32,830 nucleotides of DNA from Sulfurimonas sp. Its GTDB lineage: Bacteria; Campylobacterota; Campylobacteria; Campylobacterales; Sulfurimonadaceae. Location of the stretch: NCBI GenBank assembly GCA_012963655.1, contig DTVI01000026.1, positions 1-32,830 on the forward strand, written 5' to 3'. A program made the position numbers and the translations under genes. Position 1 is the first letter of the stretch, and each line of letters starts with the position of its first letter. Shown here piece by piece: positions 26,067-32,830 of the stretch. Under the pieces are notes generated by a model. The model did no database searches. It saw only the letters and a program-made list of their open reading frames with translations, and was not told the DNA's origin.

Positions 26067-26660
26067 TTAAAGTGTGCTAATCCAGTAATCAGTATGGGCT
26101 TGTTCGGCCTTTATACTTGTGGGGCCTCCATGACCGGGGTAAACAGTTCTATCATACTCTATCTCTTTAAAACGTTTTAAAGAGTTCTTCATATCTTCAG
26201 GCGAAGAAAAAGGAAAATCACATCTTCCAATTGAACGCTCAAAAATAAAATCCCCCGAGAACATAGCATCTTGTATTTCTATAGTAGAACATCCTGGACA
26301 ATGCCCTGGAAAATGTCTAAACTTTATTTTAATGCCTTGAAGTTCTATTTCAGCATCACCTTCAATCTCGTAATCAGGCGTTGAAGGTGGAAGCCCTGGC
26401 ATCATTTCAGAAGATTGTAATAAAAACACATCATCTTTGGGTGTATATAAGGGAATATTATAAAATTCTTGCACTTCATCATTTGACCACACATGATCAA
26501 AGTGCCCATGTGTATTTAAAATGGCGATAGGATTACTAACGTTTTGCTTTATCCATTTAAGTGCGTCAACACCTGGATCTATAATGATATCCTTACCTTC
26601 AATACTAGCAATATAACAGTTTGTTTGATAAGGTCCCATAGGCTGAACTTTTATTTGCAT
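26067..26660 (-). CDS. MBL-fold metallo-hydrolase (glyoxalase II-like)
   Basis: NTHGHFDH metal motif, plus PGHCPG and GD.IF..SIGR. I prefer the start at M11 (MQIKVQPMGPYQTNCY, nt 26660) with AAGAG upstream. The maximal ORF extends to 26690. Confidence 0.8.
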   Translation of the reverse strand: MQIKVQPMGPYQTNCYIASIEGKDIIIDPGVDALKWIKQNVSNPIAILNTHGHFDHVWSNDEVQEFYNIPLYTPKDDVFLLQSSEMMPGLPPSTPDYEIEGDAEIELQGIKIKFRHFPGHCPGCSTIEIQDAMFSGDFIFERSIGRCDFPFSSPEDMKNSLKRFKEIEYDRTVYPGHGGPTSIKAEQAHTDYWISTL

Positions 26661-26838
26661 GAGATACTCTTTTTTATGAAATTTTATCATAATAGAAGGA
26701 AGAAAGACTAGTGTTTTGAGTAGTATTTATAAGTAAGTCTTAGCTTACCTATAAACTTATCTGAGATATTTTTACTTTTTGTAAGAACGTATTAAAGCTT
26801 TAAAAACTTTTTGATTATTGTGTAAGTATGGTTTGAAC

Positions 26839-27399
26839 TTATACTTGTCTGTTATATTCCTTGGTATTCTTAAAACTCACACCCTTAAATTCTATCTTAG
26901 ATAATTTGTTTTTCAAGTCTTCATTAATGATGATTAAACCTGGAATATTATGAAATCTAAATAGGTTCAAACCCGCTGTTTTCGTATGCTCAATTTCAAA
27001 CTGTGTAATGACAGTTCGCCCAAGAGTATTTTCCTTAAATACACTGTTGTCAAGGTCGATACAAGATATGATGTCTGTAACTATGCCTAAGTAACACTCA
27101 TTTAAAAGTTCTTTTGAATTTTCGTCTATTATATGAACGGGGTAATAATCAATATTAGTAACCCCAAATTCATCCAGTGCTGACTTCATCTTTTGCGAAA
27201 ATAAAGGTACACCTGGATTAATAATATCTGTATAAACTATCTTTTCATCTTCATCAATTTCAGCAGTTATCAAAATTGGTAGTTCATCAAAATTTGGTTT
27301 CTTGCCCATAATGGACTCTATAAGATCTATTTCATCTGGAAGATCTAAATAAGGTGCATCACGATTAGGAGATACTTCATCAAAAATATAATACTGCAT
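26839..27399 (-). CDS. hypothetical protein, possibly a DUF1629/Imm11-type polymorphic-toxin immunity protein
   Basis: The layout MQYYIF... / ...PLFSQKMKSALDEFGVTNIDYYPVHI... / ...ISCIDLDNSVF... / ...LFRFHNIPGLIIINEDLKNKL....KGVSF resembles my memory of the DUF1629 pattern. I could not verify this by search. Confidence 0.4.
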   Translation of the reverse strand: MQYYIFDEVSPNRDAPYLDLPDEIDLIESIMGKKPNFDELPILITAEIDEDEKIVYTDIINPGVPLFSQKMKSALDEFGVTNIDYYPVHIIDENSKELLNECYLGIVTDIISCIDLDNSVFKENTLGRTVITQFEIEHTKTAGLNLFRFHNIPGLIIINEDLKNKLSKIEFKGVSFKNTKEYNRQV

Positions 27400-27538
27400 A
27401 AAAAACCTTTGTTATTATTATCGACAGTATACCATTTACGAGGGACAGCCTTATGGGTGATTGTAAGCTCTGATTTGTTAAAAAAGATAAAACAATCTTA
27501 ATAATTGGTCTTCTTGTGATTCAAGCTATAATACGTGT

Positions 27539-28357
27539 ATGGATTTTTTTAAACAATTAGAAGATATTTTACAAATACAAATTCCTTCACAAAAATGTAA
27601 GGCCTTTAAAACTTTTTATAAGGACTACACTGAGGGAAGCTTAACCTTTAATTATCAGCATAAGGCAAAGGTCTTTACTGAGGCTTCTTATACGGGCTTT
27701 TGTACCTTAGTTTCTTCAACAACAGGGGCAAAACGAAAAAAGCTAAGTACTCCTAGGGGGAAGGTTGTCTTTTTACATGCTATTGCACATATTGAATACT
27801 CAGCCATTGACTTAGCTATTGACGCAGCCTATAGATTTAAAGATTTACCAAAACAATATTATGATGACTTTTTGAGTATTGCTTATGATGAGGTCAGACA
27901 TTTTGAGATGCTTGAGGAACTTTTAAAAGGACTAGATTCATATTATGGTGATTTACCTGTACATGATGGACTTTTTGAAGCGAGTATGAAGACCTTAGAC
28001 TTTACAGAAAGAATGGCCTTAGTACCTAGGTATTTGGAAGCCAATGGCTTAGATGTTACGCCTATGATGATAGACAAGTTTTTACAGCTAGAAGATGATA
28101 CTTACGCCTTAAAGATCATAGACGTACTAAAAATTATACTTCATGAAGAGTGTGATCACGTGCATAAGGGGGATATCTGGTTTAAATATGCCTGTGATCA
28201 AGATAATCTTGATTATGATATTTATTTTGAGATAGTTGAAAAACATTACCCCGGAAGTTTTCCTAGAAAAAAAGAGATTAATGTTAAGGCAAGACAAGAA
28301 GCTGGTTTTTCATGCTCAGAGTTAAAGAGAATGAACACAGATATCCAATGTAGTTGA
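27539..28357 (+). CDS. DUF455 ferritin-like di-iron family protein
   Basis: LHAIAHIEYSAIDLA, YDEVRHFEML, and HEECDHVHKG give paired E..H-type metal ligands in the DUF455 arrangement. Confidence 0.7.
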   Translation: MDFFKQLEDILQIQIPSQKCKAFKTFYKDYTEGSLTFNYQHKAKVFTEASYTGFCTLVSSTTGAKRKKLSTPRGKVVFLHAIAHIEYSAIDLAIDAAYRFKDLPKQYYDDFLSIAYDEVRHFEMLEELLKGLDSYYGDLPVHDGLFEASMKTLDFTERMALVPRYLEANGLDVTPMMIDKFLQLEDDTYALKIIDVLKIILHEECDHVHKGDIWFKYACDQDNLDYDIYFEIVEKHYPGSFPRKKEINVKARQEAGFSCSELKRMNTDIQCS

Positions 28358-28362
28358 TAGGT

Positions 28363-28638
28363 TTAAAGAAACTTCAATTTTACAGGGGTAATTTTCTGAC
28401 CCTTAGAAATTTTAATAATCTCATTTTTTTCAAAATCAACTAATAAAAAGTCTTTTCGTACCTGTAAATCTCCATTAGGTAGGCTTAGGGTTAGGCCAAA
28501 ATGTTCTGTAGCACTTATATGCTTTATGCCTAACTGATAGGCTTTTTTTGAACCTGAGGTATTGTAAAAAAGATCTTTGGTTTCTGCCTTGGCTAGGCTT
28601 ATTTCATTTTCAAAATTATTCATAGCGAAGTATAACAT
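28363..28638 (-). CDS. hypothetical protein
   Basis: 91-aa ORF convergent with the DUF455 gene. No recognisable motif. Confidence 0.4.
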   Translation of the reverse strand: MLYFAMNNFENEISLAKAETKDLFYNTSGSKKAYQLGIKHISATEHFGLTLSLPNGDLQVRKDFLLVDFEKNEIIKISKGQKITPVKLKFL

Positions 28639-28738
28639 CTAAAAGCTATCTAAAATAAATAAATTAGTTTAATTGGATATACATTAATAAAAAAAATTAG
28701 ATATAATGATTTTACTTAAAGATAATTTTAGGAAGAAA

Positions 28739-29539
28739 ATGAGTAAATACGCACAGATTTCACAGTATCTGATTGCTTTTTTAAAAGACGAAGTTGAAAA
28801 GACAGGTTTAGAAAATGTGGTTATTGGACTCAGTGGTGGTTTAGACTCTGCTGTTGTTTCAGTCTTAGCTCATAAGGCCTTTGGAGATAGACTCTTAAAC
28901 ATTAAGATGCCTTCTCAGTTTTCTTCTCAAAGTTCTTTAGATGATGCCGATGAATTGTGTGTAAAGTTTGATCTTAGAAGTGAAACCAGAGATATATCAA
29001 AGCTTTTGAAGGCTTATGATATAGATGATATGTCTTCACTTCGTATAGGAAATTTATCGTCTCGTTTTCGTATGGTGAACCTTTTTGATATTTCAGCCAG
29101 AGAAGGTGCTCTTGTTCTTGGAACGAGTAATAAGAGCGAACTTATGTTGGGATACGGAACATTATATGGGGACTTGGCCTCAGCAGTTAATCCTATTGGT
29201 GATTTGTATAAGACAGAAGTCTTTGAACTCGCTAGATATTTAGGCGTTCCTGATACTATTGTCAATAAAGCTCCTTCTGCAGATTTATGGGAAGGGCAGA
29301 GTGATGAAGCTGAACTTGGTTATACTTACTTACAACTAGATGCTGTTTTAAAACGTTATGTGGAAGAACGAGCTTCAAAAGAAGAGCTTTTAGAAGAAGG
29401 CTTTGACAAAGAGTTGGTGGACTTAATTATTAAAAAGATTTACCATAATCAATTTAAAAGACGTATGCCTCTTATCGCGAAATTAAGTAGTCGTAGTATT
29501 AACCACGATTTTAATTATCCTCGTGATATAGGATTATAA
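28739..29539 (+). CDS. nadE: ammonia-dependent NAD+ synthetase
   Basis: GLSGGLDSAV PP-loop, plus GTSNKSE...GY.T.YGD and KAPSADLW. I prefer ATG 28739 (MSKYAQ) with AGGAAG upstream. The maximal ORF begins at 28706. Confidence 0.9.
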   Translation: MSKYAQISQYLIAFLKDEVEKTGLENVVIGLSGGLDSAVVSVLAHKAFGDRLLNIKMPSQFSSQSSLDDADELCVKFDLRSETRDISKLLKAYDIDDMSSLRIGNLSSRFRMVNLFDISAREGALVLGTSNKSELMLGYGTLYGDLASAVNPIGDLYKTEVFELARYLGVPDTIVNKAPSADLWEGQSDEAELGYTYLQLDAVLKRYVEERASKEELLEEGFDKELVDLIIKKIYHNQFKRRMPLIAKLSSRSINHDFNYPRDIGL

Positions 29540-29550
29540 GATAGTTTGAT

Positions 29551-29573
29551 AAAATCTACTTGAGTGGATTTTT
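29551..29573 (+). terminator. probable intrinsic terminator after nadE
   Basis: aaaatctac (29551-29559) pairs with gtggatttt (29564-29572) as a 9-bp stem including one G.U pair, with loop ttga. It runs into a T5 tract (29569-29573), 12 nt after the stop. Confidence 0.45.
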
Positions 29574-29606
29574 AGAGTTATCATTAGAAAAGAAAGGGAT
29601 TTTATC

Positions 29607-30728
29607 ATGGCAAAGAAGATACCGTTTTACCGACCTAGTATTGACAACAAAGAAAAAGCACAACTGACTGAGGTCTTAAGTTCAACTACAAACAAAGTGG
29701 AGGAACTTGAAAAAGCCTTCGTTAAATATACAGGAGCTACTTATGCAGTGGCAACCTCTGATGGGACATCTGCCTTACATTTAGCGATGCTTGCTATCAA
29801 TTTAAAGCGTGGTGATAAGGTTTTATGTTCAGTAAATGCTTATCCTTCTGTACCAGAAGTGGTACGTCATTTTGACGCAGAACCTATCTTTGTGGACGCG
29901 CAAGAAGACAGTTATAATATAGATCTAGATAAGTTAGAAACTATTCTTTCAGATATCCAATCTAAAAAGCTTAAGGCTGTTATTGTAAGTCATATTGGAG
30001 GACATCCTATAGACTTAGAGCGCTTATATAACATTGCAAAAATATATAATATTCGTATTGTCGAAGACGCAAGTGAGGCCCTTGGTGGTGTATATAAGGG
30101 AAGTAAAATTGGTGCAACAGGCGCAGACATTACGACCTTTTCATTTAACCCTCACCTTAAGGGCCATATTTGTAATGGTGGTATGATGGTAACAGATGAT
30201 GAAGACCTTCTTGAGCGTGCTCAACTTCTTCGTAATCATGCCATGGTCACACCTGATGAGAACTTACAATATGTTTATGATGTTATTGATATTGGAAGTA
30301 AGTATGATATGAGTGAATTAGATGCTGCTTACATCCTAGCCCAACTTTCTAAGCAAGATATAGCTATTAAACGTCAGCAATTTATTGCTGCAAAATACAC
30401 GGAAAAACTTAAAAATGCAGCACATATTTTACTTCCTGAAATGGTTACAGATCATACCTTCTCACTTTTTATTATTAAGGTAAAGAAAAACCGTGATTCT
30501 TTTGCAAGAGAACTCTTAGATAAGGGAATTACTACGGGTCTTCATTATATTCCTTTACATTTATTGTCATACTATAAGTCAAAATACTCTCTTCGTGTAA
30601 ATGACTATCCAATGGCACTTCGTAATTTTCAACAAGTTCTTTCTATCCCTATTTATGAGGATATGAGTGATGCAGAAGTGGATTATGTATGTGATACTAT
30701 TATTAACATTACCAAGCATTGGGTCTAA
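29607..30728 (+). CDS. DegT/DnrJ/EryC1/StrS-family PLP-dependent sugar aminotransferase
   Basis: The family layout is IPFYRPSI, ATSDGTSALHLAM, VEDASEALG, and TFSFNPHLK (candidate PLP lysine). Confidence 0.85.
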   Translation: MAKKIPFYRPSIDNKEKAQLTEVLSSTTNKVEELEKAFVKYTGATYAVATSDGTSALHLAMLAINLKRGDKVLCSVNAYPSVPEVVRHFDAEPIFVDAQEDSYNIDLDKLETILSDIQSKKLKAVIVSHIGGHPIDLERLYNIAKIYNIRIVEDASEALGGVYKGSKIGATGADITTFSFNPHLKGHICNGGMMVTDDEDLLERAQLLRNHAMVTPDENLQYVYDVIDIGSKYDMSELDAAYILAQLSKQDIAIKRQQFIAAKYTEKLKNAAHILLPEMVTDHTFSLFIIKVKKNRDSFARELLDKGITTGLHYIPLHLLSYYKSKYSLRVNDYPMALRNFQQVLSIPIYEDMSDAEVDYVCDTIINITKHWV

Positions 30729-31657
30729 GAAAAAACTTGAAAAAACAGCTTGTATTTTGGGGTGAAAAATATCTTTTTTCACCTGGTCCCTTTGAAAAAC
30801 TCCTTTCTATTTTATTCCTTCCCTTATCTGCCTTGTATTGTCTTATTGTTTGGTATAAGTATAAAAGCTCTAATCAAAAAGATTTTGGCTTGCCTGTTAT
30901 TAGTGTGGGAAACCTTATTGTTGGAGGAAGTGGAAAAACACCCTTAACTGTAGCCTTGGCTAAAAAATATGATAAAGCAGCCATCATCCTTAGAGGATAT
31001 GGCAGAGAGTCAAAAGGCCTTTATATTGTTTCAGATGCTAAAAGTATCTTATGTGATGTTAAGATAAGTGGTGATGAAGCTATGTTATATGCTTCTCTTC
31101 TTCCTAATGCCATGGTTATTGTGGCTGAAGACAGACAAGAAGGTATTTCTAAGGCAAAAGAGATGGGGGCGAAGGTAGTATTTTTAGATGATGCTTATAG
31201 TAAGCATTTTATAAAAAAACTTGATCTTCTTATCTTAAGTCCACAAAAAAATAACTTTTGCCTTCCTTCTGGTCCCTTTAGAGAGAGATTATGGAAGGGC
31301 AAAGAAGTTATAAGTTTAGAAGAAAACATGGACTTTAAACGTTGTGTTAGTATCTCTAATGAAAAAAATAAGATGGTCTTGGTAACGGCTATTTCTAAAC
31401 CTCATAGACTTGATCCTTATGTAGAGGGAAGGGTGATAAATAAAATTTATTTTCCTGATCATTATAGTTTTACTAAAAAAGAACTAGAAGAAATACTTTT
31501 AAACTCTAAGGCAGACTCCTTACTTGTAACGCATAAAGACGCTGTAAAGATGAAAAAGTTTGATTTAGAAATCTCTTTTTTAGACCTTGAACTAAATGTT
31601 AATATGGACATACATAATAAAGTCCAAGAATATGTTAGAATTTCACAATCCAAATAA
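30719..31657 (+). CDS. lpxK: tetraacyldisaccharide 4'-kinase
   Basis: LPLSALY, then the P-loop VGNLIVGGSGKTP, DDAY and HKDAVK. The start is uncertain: the TTG at 30719 overlaps the upstream gene by 10 nt. Confidence 0.85.
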   Translation: MGLRKNLKKQLVFWGEKYLFSPGPFEKLLSILFLPLSALYCLIVWYKYKSSNQKDFGLPVISVGNLIVGGSGKTPLTVALAKKYDKAAIILRGYGRESKGLYIVSDAKSILCDVKISGDEAMLYASLLPNAMVIVAEDRQEGISKAKEMGAKVVFLDDAYSKHFIKKLDLLILSPQKNNFCLPSGPFRERLWKGKEVISLEENMDFKRCVSISNEKNKMVLVTAISKPHRLDPYVEGRVINKIYFPDHYSFTKKELEEILLNSKADSLLVTHKDAVKMKKFDLEISFLDLELNVNMDIHNKVQEYVRISQSK

Positions 31658-31669
31658 AAAGTTTATTTA

Positions 31670-32521
31670 ATGCAAGCAAAAATTGATAAAGTTAAAACCC
31701 TCTTAGATGCCCTTCCTTTTATAAAGGCCTTTAATAAAGAGATCGTTGTTATAAAGTATGGTGGTTCTGCGCAAACTGATCCTAAGCTTATAGAAAGTTT
31801 TGCTCAAGATATTCTTCTTTTATACCTAGTAGGTATTAAACCTGTTATCGTTCATGGTGGTGGTAAAAAGATCACAGATATGCTTGATAAACTTAATATT
31901 GAAACAGAATTTATAGACGGCCAAAGGGTAACAACACCTGAGGTAATGCGTATAGTTGAAATGATTTTAAGTGGTGAAATTAATAGCAGTATTGTTTCGC
32001 TTTTAAATGCTCATAGTGCAAAGGCTATTGGTGTAAGTGGAAAAGATGCGCATTTTATCTTAGCTGAGCCAAAAGAACATGCAAAATGGGGCTTAACCGG
32101 TAGTATAACTCAGGTAAAAGCAGATGTGATTCATAACCTTATAAAAGAAAATTTTGTACCTGTTATCGCACCTATTGCAGCGGGCGAAGAGATGGGTCAT
32201 CCAGGTTATAATATTAATGCTGATCTAGCGGCGTGCGAGGTTGCTAAGGCTATTGGTGCAACAAAAGTGGTCTTTTTAACAGATACTCCAGGCGTACTTA
32301 ATGCAGATAAAAAACTCTTATCAACCTTGAATAAAAAAGAAGTAAGTGCCTTAAAAGAAGATGGCACGATTAATGGTGGGATGGTTCCCAAGGTTGATGC
32401 TTGTTTAGACGCTATAGAAGGTGGTGTTTCTAAGGCACATATTATTGATGGTCGTTTAGAACATTCTATCTTACTTGAACTCTTTACCTCTGAGGGTATT
32501 GGAACGCAGATAACTATATAG
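31670..32521 (+). CDS. argB: acetylglutamate kinase
   Basis: VVIKYGGSA, VIVHGGG, INADLAA and the 283-aa length are typical ArgB features. Confidence 0.9.
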   Translation: MQAKIDKVKTLLDALPFIKAFNKEIVVIKYGGSAQTDPKLIESFAQDILLLYLVGIKPVIVHGGGKKITDMLDKLNIETEFIDGQRVTTPEVMRIVEMILSGEINSSIVSLLNAHSAKAIGVSGKDAHFILAEPKEHAKWGLTGSITQVKADVIHNLIKENFVPVIAPIAAGEEMGHPGYNINADLAACEVAKAIGATKVVFLTDTPGVLNADKKLLSTLNKKEVSALKEDGTINGGMVPKVDACLDAIEGGVSKAHIIDGRLEHSILLELFTSEGIGTQITI

Positions 32522-32830
32522 ATGATTGTAGTTTCTTGTACGGTACCTACTGTTGAAGTAGCTCAGGCCATCTCACGTGTAGTGGTTATGGAAAGTTTAT
32601 GTGCTTGTGTAAACCAAGTTCCAAATGTAGTGTCTTATTATATGTATGAGGGTGAGTTTTGTGAAGATGATGAACTTTTACTCTTGATGAAAACTTCAGA
32701 GCTAAAGTATAAGGCCTTAGAAAACCGTTTAAAAGAACTTCATCCTTATGATGTGCCTGAAATCATTGCCTCACCTATTACTGAGGGCTCTGCTGAGTAC
32801 CTTTCTTGGATGCAAGCCGTCTTAAGCTAA
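32522..32830 (+). CDS. cutA: divalent-cation tolerance protein CutA
   Basis: CACVN, YMYEG, and HPYDVPEI are CutA1 hallmarks. The gene ends exactly at the window end. Confidence 0.8.
   Translation: MIVVSCTVPTVEVAQAISRVVVMESLCACVNQVPNVVSYYMYEGEFCEDDELLLLMKTSELKYKALENRLKELHPYDVPEIIASPITEGSAEYLSWMQAVLS

Noticed and set aside
30750-30947. A 65-aa alternative-frame ORF at the start of lpxK.
   Set aside because: The lpxK frame carries the conserved LPLSALY and GGSGKTP motifs across the same nucleotides. The alternative frame has no support.
1-32830. A search for tRNA/rRNA genes, CRISPR repeats, IS elements, integrases and long direct or inverted repeats bounding the accessory patch.
   Set aside because: I found no T-loop-like GGTTCGAATCC-type motifs outside coding frames, no regularly spaced repeats, and no transposase- or recombinase-like translations in any listed ORF or large gap. 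Absence is based on visual inspection only.

Overview
This is a low-GC chromosomal window whose gene content (stand-alone atpB, gatB, gpsA, cmoB, nadE, lpxK, argB, cutA) fits a Campylobacterota (epsilonproteobacterial) genome. That taxon call comes only from protein signatures and gene order. Most of the window is ordinary housekeeping. The exception is an accessory patch at about 14.1-22.3 kb with three parts. (i) Three very AT-rich small genes of unknown function sit on the minus strand. (ii) A decayed DUF2235 alpha/beta-hydrolase (Tle1-type lipase family) gene stays in one reading frame but carries four in-frame stops. (iii) A tightly coupled four-gene operon at 16040-22273 encodes a 399-aa helical protein, a 186-aa protein, a 1209-aa MukB/SMC-like ATPase and a 283-aa Toprim protein. 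This matches the gene order and core motifs of Wadjet (JetABCD / MksFEB+G) anti-plasmid systems, but with unusually short first and last subunits and a divergent ABC signature motif, so it may be a compact or unclassified variant. It is the best candidate for the interesting system here. Other points are listed below.
- A second phospholipase pseudogene (pldA/OMPLA remnant lacking the catalytic block).
- A 6TM voltage-sensor-like K+ channel with fused RCK domains, coupled to a separate soluble RCK gene.
- A CDF transporter / periplasmic c-heme DUF3365 / extended PAQR operon.
- A possible orphan DUF1629/Imm11-like immunity gene.
I saw no rRNA, tRNA, CRISPR array, integrase or transposase. All calls come from reading the translations. 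No database search was run.
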